Below, piece by piece: positions 11,475-23,300 of a DNA stretch of 57,327 nucleotides (its first letter is position 1; each line of letters opens with the position of its first letter). The translations under genes and the position numbers were made by a program. The DNA is from Saprolegnia diclina VS20 (lineage: Eukaryota): the NCBI RefSeq assembly GCF_000281045.1, contig NW_008246119.1, forward strand, positions 90,527 to 147,853, written 5' to 3'. Under the pieces are notes generated by a model. That model did not search any database, had not been told where the DNA came from, and saw only the letters and a list, made by a program, of their open reading frames with translations.

Positions 11475-13928
11475 TCAATTGTTTTCGTCATCCGAGACAT
11501 CTTCAAACGTATACTGGTCGTTGCCTGCGTTGGGAACGACGGACACGAGCTTGACGTCCACGGGTGGGATGCGCGAGAGCCCTCGCACAAGGCATTCGAG
11601 CTTCACTTTTTTCTCGTCGGCACTCAAGCTCGCGGTGGGCCGAGACGTGTAGTGCATTTGCTCTTCGTACGTGAGCAAGTCACCGTGCGGAAGCGTTTCG
11701 TGCCAATGGTCCCGACAAATCTTGGCAAACGCCGTCGTAAATGATCCCGTCGCACGGTCCTTGATGCTTCGTAGTGCCACCTTTCGTGGGGATGCGACGG
11801 CTGCCGGCGACGACGAAGTGGCGGCTTCGTTGGGCAACGGAGGCGTCCGCACAGTGGAGAGCGCCGAGTCAAAGAAGGTATCGAGAGCCTCCATTTCGAT
11901 GCTCGGGTGTGGCGGCTGCTCGACTTGCACTTTGGTGTACGCACGTGCCGTCTCGAGGCGGCGCGTAATCTCGTCCTGTCTACACAAGATACGTGTCATG
12001 CCACGTCATCAGTGAATGATTGTCACAACAAATGCGTTGCGTCGGCGTGAATCGACGCGAGGATAGCAGTGTTGCACAGGACGAAGCGAAGTAGTGCGTT
12101 CTTATTGATTGCGAGCAGCTTGCATGACGAGAGGGTTTCGATCGTGGTCGACGAGCACAAGTCGTTGGAGGCCGAGCAGATCTCCTACCAGCCGTTTCAT
12201 GCTGTCAGTGTGACATCTCTCAACGGTGCAAAGTCGGTTACATGGCCCAAAATGGACGGTGCACGACGAAGCACAAGCACTTTCACCTACGCATTCCCGC
12301 TGTTAGGCTCATCAATGGCTTGAGAACACTAGGTATCACCGGTGCTTCGATTGCCTGGCCGGTAGGGGCCGTTGCACTCACCGAACTCGTCGCTGTGAGC
12401 TTGACTTCGCCTTTCACCAGCAGATACAAATGCGATACATAGTCGCCTACACGACCTCGTCAAGACACACGCACCGTCATATCTTGACCATACCTTTTCG
12501 ATAGAGGGTATCGTGGACATCGAGCTGCGTCACTGTGGCCAAATACGCCAAATGAGTTGTCGTGCCTTTTGGTGCGTGGGCGAGTGCCGGAAACGACGTC
12601 AAATTGCGCTCGTTCTCTGCGAGCATGGCTTGCTTGTACGACAAAATGCTGCGCAAGAAGACATCCTACTCCACACGATGACTCTCGTAGATACACACGG
12701 GTACACGTACGCGGGATACGAGCGCCAGCTCGGTGCAACTACACTCATACGTGACGAGGGCCGAACCCGACCTAGGACAACATTTATATCGCAAATGCTG
12801 ATCAATAGACGCACCGATAGCCCGTCGAGCCTCGGAGGAGCCCGATTTCGCCAAAGCTCATGCCGCGTCGCATGGTGGCAAAGAGGCCTTCGCCGGAGGC
12901 CGCAATGCCCACCGTGCCGCTCAGCACGATGTAGAACGCTTCGCCCGCATCGCCCTCTCGAAACACAAAGTCGCCCGGCGCATAGCGCGCGTACACAATG
13001 TGCCGCGCAATGTCGTTGTACGATGCATCGGGGAGGCTGCAGTCGTAAAAGTACTTGACGCCGGCTAAGAAAACATCAGCGTCTTGCCGACCGGACTAGT
13101 GCGATCGCACCAAGCCATTTTTTCAGCGTCCGCGTCGCACTCGGGCTGCGCATGTCGTGCTCGATCTGCATGACGCCACGCAGCGCGCCAAGTGTGATAG
13201 CGTCATCTTTCTTGAGGCTCGCACCATGCAGCACGTCTTCGGGTCGGACAGGAAGAAGTCGCGGTGGCGGTGTCCAGATGACATGACGCGTGTGCTCGGC
13301 TTGGAGTCTAATACGTCATCGTGCATCAATGGTTGAATGCAATACGAGTATCGGTGAATACATACTGGTCGAGACGGCGAAGGTACACCATGGCAAACAT
13401 GATGCGATACACCACCACACGAAGAGGCGGAAGCGGCGCGATGATGTCAATAAGCTCAAACCCTTCGTTGTTGGTCGCTGAAATCACGACCGACTTGACG
13501 GTCGAGGTGGCCGACCCGAGGCTCCGGTACCGCTTCTTGAGCACCACGTACAGCAAGCTGCCCTCGACGATGCCGAGATGGGCCAGATCTTCGTGGTCTT
13601 CAAGTAGCTGCGAGTTGAAAAAGAGACTACTACCAGGTCAACTCTCGGTGAATGCTAATTTCTACGGGTCGTACGTCTGCTCTTCGTACAAAATTCCATG
13701 CTCCTTGTAGAGAAGCACCTTGACGTTGGTGATCGTGAGGTACGGCGCCACTTGAAGGTACTCGGGCGCCTTCTCGCCGATCTGAACTTGAATAGCATAC
13801 GCACTGCGCGAGTGGCTCGAGTGCGACGACCGAAAGAGTCGGAGGCCACGCAGCTGACTCACGGACGTGTGTGCTTTGCCCAGCAGCCGCGGCGCGTCGT
13901 CGACGAAGTCCCGCGCCAACGACTGCAT
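11475..13928 (-). CDS. Ubiquitin-like domain fused to cyclic-nucleotide-binding (cNMP) domain(s), multi-exon
   Basis: The spliced 5' exons give a UBL fold (AIQVQIGEK..LQVAPYLTITNVKVLLYKEHGILYEEQTLFFNSQLLEDHEDLAHLGIVEGSLLYVVL). Downstream is a classic cNMP domain (YAPGDFVFREGDAGEAFYIVLSGTV..GMSFGEIGL) and a probable second degenerate one. A candidate GT-AG intron at 13308-13365 links them in an open frame. Confidence 0.7.
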
Positions 13929-14057
13929 TTTTTGTATCTAACACGAAGCGACGCGACGGTTTCGCGTACGCGTATCAACTCGATACAAACATTTGATTGG
14001 TCCACGACGAAAATGTATCATATTACGGTCAAAATATGCAAAAAGACACTGGGCGTC

Positions 14058-17000
14058 TTACTTGGTCGCGACGATGATGAGGTTGATGATGGGACCGAGG
14101 AAATACATGAGCACCATGATGAGAACGCAGCAGAGGCAGCACATGACGCGGTGGCAGATCTTGGGGCCGAGGAGCTCGTTGAAGACGTAGAACGGGTTCA
14201 TGCTGAACTTGAGGCGGCCGGCCGGCGGCGGCAAGAACGGGCTGTTGTTCGGGTCGCTGCGGCCAAAGCCGACCGTCTGCACCTTGGCCTTGTCCACGGG
14301 CATGAGCTCCATGCTAATGCAGACAGCACCCATTGCTTCCTTCTGGCCCGTCTCGCGGTTGAGCCGCTCCATCTTGATCCACGTCGAGTCGGTCGGGTCC
14401 GTGTCCCAGAGCCCCGTGGCCTCCTTGATGGACCGGATCGCGTCGTTGTTTTGAGCCTCCTTTGGCGACTCCTTGACCTTCTTCTTGGGCGTCTTGTCCT
14501 GGAAGACCTGGAGCGGCGCCTTGAGCTGGCACACCTTCTTGAAGTGCGGGCTCAGGTCCAGGATGCCCTCGGCGATGCAGTCGTTGGACGAGAAGATGTC
14601 CTTGTCCCACATCTGCATCTTGAAGTACGGAAACTTGGAGTTGTGCTGCTTGTGACCCAGCGCGACCGGAAACTTCATGCGCCAGTTAAAGCTCGCCTTG
14701 CCCTTCTTGGCGCGCCAATGGATGTCCGTGTCCTGGTAGTCGCAGCCTTCGAGCGACGCACGCACGAAGAGGTCGTTCATGTCGGTGATCTCGTCAAAAC
14801 TCGGCACTTCCTTCGTCTTCCAAATCACGACGCGCAGCTCGTAGTGCTGCGCCGGCGGCATGGCAATGTCGACGGGCGGGTAGTTGGCGGCTTCCTTGGG
14901 CGTCAAGATGTCGACCCAGAGCTTGAGCTGGCCCATCTGCGCACGCGACGTCGGGATAGTGAGCGCCCGCTGCTCGAGAGGCTTGGGGCCCCAGCGCTCG
15001 GTGGTCTGGAACTCCTTCCCGAGCGCCTGCCAGTTCTTGTCAAAGAACCGGTCTTCGAGGTCCAAGGTCGTCGAGCCAATGAGATCGTCGCCGCCGATGA
15101 AATCGTGGTCGAACGCGTCGATCGTGAGCGTTGACGCGCCAGGAAAGTGCACGTTGAACTCAAACACCTTGTAAAAGTCGGGGTCGACCACGTCATCGAT
15201 ATAGTTCTTGCGGTCGTTGATCGTCTCCTTCCCGAGGCGCAGGATCAGGTACGGGTCCGACTTGCCCGGCGTGCCGTCGAGCGACGGGTCCATCGGCGCA
15301 AAGTTGGACCCGTTCAAGACATACACGCGCACTTGATACGGCAGCGGGTTGAGCAGCTTCTCCATGTTGATGAGCGGCGGCTCGTTCTCGTCCAAAATCA
15401 CGCGCACGAGACCCTTGAAGATACCCGCGATGTGAAAGGTCGACGTCGGCGCGGCGGCGGCCGCCGCCTTCTTTGTGCCAAACTTAAGCGGGTTGAGCGA
15501 CGACAGGAACGACGACTTCTTCTTCTTCTGGCCGATCGTCAGCGCATACGTCTCGAACGGCTTGGTCACGAGCTTGGACTCGAGCCCGTCTGTGAGGTCT
15601 TCACGGTTCTTCATAAACTTGGCGCGCTTGACCTCAAACTCGTCAGCGATCTCGGCCTCGCCAATGTCGAGCTCTTCGCCTTCCGCGGTGCGCTGGCCCG
15701 AGAGGAGCGCGGGGTCGTCCAAGTCGATCGCGACGTTCATGGACTGGAGAGCGCCAAATACACCCGCGCCAATATCGCCGGGTGCCGTGCGCCGGCCCGA
15801 GAGCATCGCGTCGTCTTCTTCCGCGTCGTCGTCGTCGTTGCCCTCGAGCTCTTCGTCTTCGACGTGGTTGAAGCTCATGCGCTGCGGCGCAACGTAGCTG
15901 TCGCCCCACGGCAGTTTCGTCGTCATCTATCATCGTGATCACGTCAGAAAACCGTTACAGAAAAGGACATGTCATCATGACAGATCCCAACATGAACGTA
16001 CATCGATGGACGCATTGCCGATCGTAGGCGTGCTCCAGCCGCCGAGACGCGTGTCCCGAACCATAATGTTGAGCATGGGCGCAAACTGCGAATCTTCCGG
16101 AAGCTCAACCTCGCGCACGATGCGCTGAAGAAAGTTGGGGTTGGCACCGGACGGCCGCTTGGACTTTTCCGTCTTCATCTCTTGGTTCGCATGCGTCTTG
16201 CCGCCGAGCGTAAACTCGATGAACGGCAGCTGGATCGGGAGGAACTGGAACGGCTTCATGTCCCGGAGACCGAGCACGATGATCTCAATGTACGCGCGGC
16301 GCATCTTGGGCACGATCGGGCGCGGCACCGGCACAACCGCGCCGGGCATGTCGAGGCAGTAGACAACAACCGAGGCGAAGATTGCACCTTCCGTGTCGCC
16401 TTCTTCTTGCTGCATGAGGTTGAACCATTTTGGTTCCGGGAGATTCTCTTCAGCGTCGCCGATCGGCCGCACGTTGGACGCGTTGAACGAGATGAACGCC
16501 GACCCCATGTAGTCGTGGCCCGACTCGCTAATGCCATTGTCGTGGTCCATCAAGCGCACAATGACCTGCGGCGAAAAGTGCAGCATGTCGAGCGGCGGTA
16601 GCATCACGTCGTACACAAATGTTTGGTACCACATTGGGTCGCGCGTCTTCTTGCGCACTTCGCTGCGCTGCTCGTCGGCGCCAAAGCGCACCTTGGCGTA
16701 TGGGTCGCTCAGGCCGTTGTCGTCGAGCGCGGGCAGCTGCCGGCCTTGGTACAGGTTGACGTGCACCTGGTACGCGTGGCGCTTCTCCAAGAGGCCCTGG
16801 TCGAACGTCGTGTCCCACGCTTGCCGCGTCGCTTTCGCGGTCGCTTCCGTGCCCATCGCAAGTGCGAGGAGAACGTTGCCAGGAAACACTTCGTCACCGA
16901 GCGCGTCGACGCACGCATCTTCCTTGAGCGTCACCCACGCCGGCGGCTTCTCCATGCGTTCGTCCAACAGATGCTTGGCCTTGTAACGCTTGTACGCGAT

Positions 17001-19462
17001 CTGCTTGCGCGGGTTCATCTTGTCGCCAACCGCGCCCTTGCAGAGGTACACAAACACATCCGGAATCTGGTCCGGGTCGGACGGGAACACGAGGTTGTCC
17101 GTCTCGGAGAGCTGGTTCCACACCACGAGACCCTTCTCGTTGCGCTGGCGCTCGAACGCGAGCTCCTGGAGCCCGCACGTGATGACGATCTGCATGCGCG
17201 ACTTCTTCGCAATGTTCATCGACGTCAGCTGCGGAATGTCCGTGCCCGACCCGACAAACGCGCGGATGCGGTACACCGACGTCGGCGGGTACAGGGACTT
17301 GGGCAACGGCGTCGCCTTGACCCGGCGGTTGACTTCCTCGAGCTTGGCCTCGTTGGAGCGAATCTCAAACGTCACGAGAATGCGGCCGCGGTAGAACGAC
17401 GCAGTGTCCGGAAACGTGTTCATTTGCGCCTCGACCGTCTCGGAGGCGTTGAGGATGTTGCCCTTGGCTCCTTCGAGCGGCGCGCCGTACAAGTTGAGCC
17501 ACATGGGCGACGCGCTGCCCGTCTTTGCCAGCAGCTTCTTGATCAAACGCAGCGACTGGTACGCATGCGCGACAACCTCGTCCTTGCCAATCTTGTCCCA
17601 GTCCTTGACGCAGAGCGTAATGTTGTTGGCGAGGCCCGGCTCGCGCAGCACCATCCAGAGCTCGTCGTTGAACGCGGGGTTGAGCAAGTGGCGCTCGCCG
17701 CTCTTGGTCTTGACACGCGTGCGGACGCCGTCGTTGCTGCCGAGGCTCACCTCAACGTACGCGTCGAGGCCCTGCTTGAGGCCGCCGAGGAGGCTGTCCA
17801 TCGGCACGAGGTGCTCACCGACATGGACGGTCGCCACGAGAAAGTTGACCTCTTGCTTGATACTCGGCGGCATCATGACGCCGTCGACGCCCGAGTCGGC
17901 CGGACCGAGCGGCGGCGGCGGCGAAAACTTGTCGCCGGGCCCGAGGATCGTGATCGAGACGCGGAGGTAGCCCTGCACCGAGTCGTGGCCCGGCGCAATG
18001 AGGCCGAGCCACTGGTTGCAGATCTGGTGGTTGATGTGCGAGTAGACAAACGACGTGTCGAATTGGGTCTCGCCAATGAGCTCGGCGCGCGTGAGCGTGT
18101 TGGCGTCCATGACCCGGAGCTTGATCGCGCCCATCTCGACAATCTCCTTGTCGAGTTCACGAAAGTTGAAGATGAGAATGTCGTCCCAGACCGCCGAGAG
18201 CGTCTGCTTCTTGGTCGCCGTGTGCTGCGTCTGGTCGAGGACGTCGACAAACACGACCGGGTCGGACGTGCCCGTCGCGTCCTTGCCCACGAGATCCCGG
18301 GCTTCAATCACATGCACTTGGATCGAGTAGTCGCCCGACTTGATGTTGATGTCTTCGAGCGCCTTCTTCTCTTCCTGCAGCGCTTTTTCCTTCTCTTCGG
18401 CCTCCTTCTTGAGCTCGTCGTCGCTCTTCTTGGGCACGTCCTTGGCCGCCGTCGGGTCCAAGCCCTCCTCATCGTCGTCGCCAGCCTACACGCAGTACAT
18501 GAGACACGACACATCATACTCAAGACTCGTACGTCGGGTGCACTCATGACGTTCTTGACCTTGTCAAAGATCCCGCCCTTCTTCTTCTTGTTGGACTCGA
18601 TGATCTCGTTGACGTTGGCCCGGTGCACCCACTGCAGCGTCACGGTGAGCACGCCGAGGCCGTCGACCTTCTTGAAGCGCTTGTCGCACAGGTCCAGGTC
18701 CAGCGTCTTCTTCTTCCCGTCCGCGAGCGACTCCATGTGCACTTTGGCGCGGCCGATCACGTCGTTCGAGAGCATGTCAAAGTCCTCGACGACAAACAGA
18801 ATCTCTTGCGTCGCGTCCGTCATCGGCATCCGGAACGACTCGTTCCAGACCGGCGTCAGCGTCTTGGGCATCGTCGTCGTCGTAAACTTCTCCTTCTGGC
18901 ACGATATGATCACGAGCGGGTCGCTCGAGTTGTTGCTGTCCATGGCCTTGAGCCCTGTCGCGCGGTCGATCGTGATGTTGAGCACGTTGAGTGGGCCCTC
19001 GATCTCGAGGGCCACGTCGCCCGGCGCGGACGCGGGCGTCGGTGCCGGCGCATTCGACGTGAGCTCGAGAAACAAGGTGCCGGTCGCGACCTTGACGCGG
19101 TCGAATTTCTCAACGGGCGACTCGAGCACGACCGGTCCGAGGAGCGCGCTGCGGACGACGTCCATGGGCAGCACGACGCGCCCGAGTGGCACGTCCTTGA
19201 GCATGTTCTTGTCAAAGATCGTGAGCGCCAGGAACGAGACCGTGCGCAGGTCGACGTCATGGCCCACGACCAGCGTCTCGTTCCAGACCGGGTTGACGGT
19301 CGATGGGATGTCCTTGGTCTTCTTGCTCTCGCCCTTGATGACCGCGAGGCTGCTGTTGAGGTACGTGAGCACGACGTACGGGTCGGACGTCTTGTTGGAG
19401 CCAAAGCCGTCGTTGCCGACGAGGTTGGTCGCCTTGACGATCCCGACGCGGACCTCCTCCAT
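14058..19462 (-). CDS. Ferlin-family (otoferlin-like) multi-C2, tail-anchored membrane protein, copy 1
   Basis: ATG 19462 (MEEVRVGIV). Multiple C2 domains (SDPYVV, DSNNSSDP, DDNGLSDPY, KSDPYL), FerI-like GYLRVSITILGPGD, WLNLYGAP..YRGRILV, C2F signature QDTDIHWRAKKGKASFNWRMKFP, GFGRSDPN, and a C-terminal hydrophobic helix. Introns near 18487-18533 and 15927-16000. Confidence 0.92.
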
Positions 19463-19525
19463 GACGACCGCGTTTTGAGAAATGCACAATCGTCATGCAC
19501 ATACTCAAACCAAGCTTGTTGGAAT

Positions 19526-19704
19526 TCGGACAAGTCCGATTTAGAGGCGCGAGTGCACTTCCCGACCCCTACTTCCCCATCTGCAAGGATCGCATACCCC
19601 GGTGTCTACAACCCTGCACACAAAGTAAGAAGGGACATGGCAGGGATGACGTGCATGGCCCGGGGCACGGTCGCCGGATTGCGACGAAAGTCGGACAAGT
19701 CCGA
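19526..19704. repeat. Two exact copies of the hyphenated palindrome TCGGAC-AA-GTCCGA
   Basis: Identical 14-mers at 19526-19539 and 19691-19704, in the region upstream of ferlin copy 1. Confidence 0.85.
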
Positions 19705-20386
19705 AATTTGAAGCCACCTGCCGAATTCGAGGCGCCAGAGCCAGTGCATTGCCGTACGACAACAACGCGACCCCACTCGGTCTGAGTCCGCAGCTCGAGA
19801 TAAGACCGTAGGTCGCTAGGTAGATAGAGCTCTTAGATAGTAGAATGCGTCGACATGCTGTGGACTTAATATCTCGCAGACGTGATAGCTAGTGTCTTCC
19901 TGACGCGTCAGTGGCGCCCAGAGGCGGCTGGACGGCTGAGATGGCGCTGCGTAGTGCAAGAAAGGCGCTGATCTCCGTGTCGCAGCGACCAGACACGCGT
20001 GGGACGCCGTAGCGTTTCTCCTGTGGCCCATCACCGGCCTCTGCCCATCCATCAGACACTAGCATCTCGAGCAAGCATGCTCCAGTAGTTCAAAGTAATA
20101 TATTCGCAAAACCGTCTCAATATTGAGCGAGGGATAGGCCGCGACAGGATTGGCTAAAATGCTTTTATACACGGCGTTGGATTGGTGCAATATGCTGCTC
20201 GCAGCGTGCAGCGCGATCGATGATATATATTGAGACGATACCGAGACAATACTGATCACCGATCACGACCTGTTGCTTTGTATGTCGCCTTCTGGCCGTG
20301 GGATATCGGCAACCTCGTACCGGTACTGGCCTCGCATGGCAAGTAAAAGCATCGAAAGAGCAAAATGGCGGATACAATTGTCAAAA

Positions 20387-23300
20387 TTACTTGAACGTGA
20401 CGATGAGGACGTTGATCATGGGCCCGAGGAAGTACATGAGCACCATAAAGATGGCGCAGCAGAGGCAGCACATGACGCGGTGGCAGATCTTGGGGCCGAG
20501 GAGCTGGTTGAACACCTTGTACGGGTTCCAGCTCAGCTTGAGGCGCCCGGCCGGCGGCGGCAAGAACGGGCTGTTGTTCGGGTCGTGGCGGCCAAAGCCG
20601 ACAGGTTGCGTCGTCGCCAGCGGCTTGGGCACGAGCTGCATGCTGATGCACACCTTGCCCATTGGCTCTTTCGCACGCGTCGTCGGGTTGGACCGGTACA
20701 TTTTGATCCAAGTCGAGTCGGTCGGGTTCGTGTCCCAGAGCCCCGTCTTCTCCTTGATCATGCGGACCGTCTCGTGGTCCTCGTCGTCTTGGGTCGTCGC
20801 AAGCTTCTGGAGCTTGGACTTGGGCGGCTCAGGAAACACCTGCAACGGACCTTTGGCCGCCAGCACCTTCTTGAACGGAATACTCAGATCCAAGTCGCCT
20901 TCGGCCAGGCAGTCGTTGGAGCTCACAATGTCCTTGTCCCACAGCTGGAGCTTGAAACGCGGAAATTTCGAGTTGTGCTGCTTGTGCCCGAGCTTGACGG
21001 GAAACTTCATGCGGTAGTTGAACGCCGCCTTGCCCTTCTTGGCGCGCCAGTGGATGTCCGTGTCCTGGTGGTCGTCGCCGTCGAGCTCGCAGCGCACAAA
21101 GAGGTCGTTCATCTCTGTCCAGTCGTTGAAGCTGGGCACCTCCTTTGTCTTCCAAATCACGACGCGCAGCTCAAACTCGCGCGGCGGCGGCAGTGCAATG
21201 TCATCCGGTGCATACAACGACGCGTCGTTGGGCGGCAAAATGTCGACCCAGAGGTTGAGGTGGCCCATCGGCGCCCGGGACGTCGGCACATACAGCGTCC
21301 GCTCTTCAACGGGCTTGGGCGCGAGCCGGTCCGGAGTCTGGAACGCCTCGCCGAGCGCATGCCAGTTCTTATCAAAGAACCGGTCTTCGAGGTCGATGGT
21401 CGTCGCCCCAATGAGACCGTCCGGGCGAATGAGGTCGTGGTCGAACGCGTCAATGTGCAAGGTCGACGCACCCGGGAACGAGCAGTGAAACTCGTACATC
21501 TTGTAGAAGTCAGGGTCCACCGTGTCCTCGACGTAGTTTTTGCGGTCGTTGATGCCGTCCTTCCCGAGCGTTAACTTGAGGTACGGGTCCGACTTGGTGG
21601 GCTTCCCGCGGATCCCAGAGTCCATCGGTGCAAAGCCATGCCCGTTGAGGACGTAGACGCGGACGTTGTACGGCATTGGCGTCTCGAGCCGCTCCATGTC
21701 GATGAGCGACGGCTCGTCTTCCGAGAGCATGACGCGCACGAGGCCCTTGAAAATGCCGGCCACGTTCAAGGTGGCGTCGTCGTGGTGCAGATGGTGGTGG
21801 TGCGTATCGTGGAAGCGCGGCTGCTTGGTGCCGTACTTGAGCGGGTTGAGGAGCGAAAGCAGCCGCGACCGCTTCTTCTTTTGGCCAATCGTCAGCGCAT
21901 ACGTCTCGAACGGCTTGGTGCTCAAGAGGGCTTCGAGCCCGTCGTTGATCTCTTCGCGGTCCTTCATGTACACCTTGCGCTTGGTCTCAAACGCATCGTC
22001 GGCCGCTTCGTCCTCGACAAACGCTGTGAACTCGCGCTCGGCCAAGTCGTCGGCAATGGAGGTAGGTACCAACGGCAGCGGCGTCTTGAGCGCCGGCAGC
22101 AGCCCCGCGCCGCTATCGACAAAGGACGAGACCTTGCGCTCGACACGTGGCGCCTCGAGCGACGTCGGCGCGTCATCGTGGTGCAGCGTGCCCTTGCGAA
22201 TGCCCTCGACGTGTCGAAAGTCCATCCGCTGCGGTGGCAAATACCCCTTGCCCCACGGCAGCTTGGACGTCATCTACATCACAAGAGCACTCTGAGGACC
22301 CCGCCACATTACGCAAACATGGAAACAAGACGTACGTCGATCGAGCAGTTGCCGACTGTCGGCGTCGTCCACCCGCCAAGCCGCGTGTCCTTGACGAGCA
22401 CGCCGAGCACAGGCGCAAACAGCGGGTCTTCCGGCAGTTCGACTTCTTGCACAATGCGGTGGAGGTAGTTGGGGTTGGCGGCCGACGGGCGCTTGGAGCG
22501 TTCGGTCACGAGCTCTTCGCCGCCCTGGAGCGCCTTGGCGCCACCGAGCGTAAACTCAATGAACGGCAGCTGCATCGGCATAAACTGGAACGGCTTCATG
22601 TCCCGTAGCCCGAGCACGATGATCTCCAGATACGCCTTGCGCATCTTGGGTACGATCGGGCGCGGCACTGGAAAGATCATGTCCGGTCGATCCTTCCGGA
22701 CCACGATGACGCTGGTCAAGATGAAGCCTTCCGTGTCGCCTTCCTCTTGCTGCATGAGCGGGTACCACTCGGGCACGGGCGGCTCGTGCGCGTCATTCAC
22801 ATGCCGCACGTTGTTGCTCGAGATCGGCACGAACGCCGAGCCAATGTACTCGCTCGACGAGCCCGCGATCGTCTCGTCCTGGTCTTTGACCCGGAGCGTC
22901 ACGGGCGGCGCAAAATGGAGCATGTCGACCGGCGGCAGCTCGACTTCAAAGCACACGGTCTCGTACCAGAGCGGGTTGACGGTCCGGTGGCGCGGCTTGA
23001 TCTTGGTCTCGAGGCCGCAGAGCCGCACTTTGACGTACGGGTCGCAGAGGCCGTTCGAGTCCATCGCGGGCAGCTGGCGGCCCTGGAAGATGTTGACTTG
23101 GACTTGGTATTTCAGGCGCGTGTCGAGCTTGCGCGTGTCAAAGACCGAGTTCCAAAGCGCTTTGGTCTGCAGCGCCGTGGCTTCCGAGCCAAAGCCGAGC
23201 GCGAGAAAGACGTTGCCAGGAAAGATCTCGTCGCCGAGCGCGTCGACCGAGTTGTCTTCCTTGAGCGCGATCCACTCGGGGTCGGCAATCATGTTTTTCG

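Noticed and set aside
13324..13328. TGATG stop/start overlap resembling bacterial translational coupling between the UBL and cNMP ORFs
   Set aside because: The context is eukaryotic and the overlap falls within a plausible intron (13308-13365), so fusion by splicing is the simpler explanation.
16623..19478. 951-aa + strand ORF and other long ORFs antisense to the ferlins (13698..15134, 20273..21574, 22747..24036)
   Set aside because: Antisense shadows caused by the strong GC3 codon bias of the real genes. They are Arg/Val/Leu/His-rich with no domain features.
19816..20377. Short ORFs in the spacer between the ferlins
   Set aside because: Short, without coding bias or recognisable motifs; no transposase or RNA-gene signature seen.
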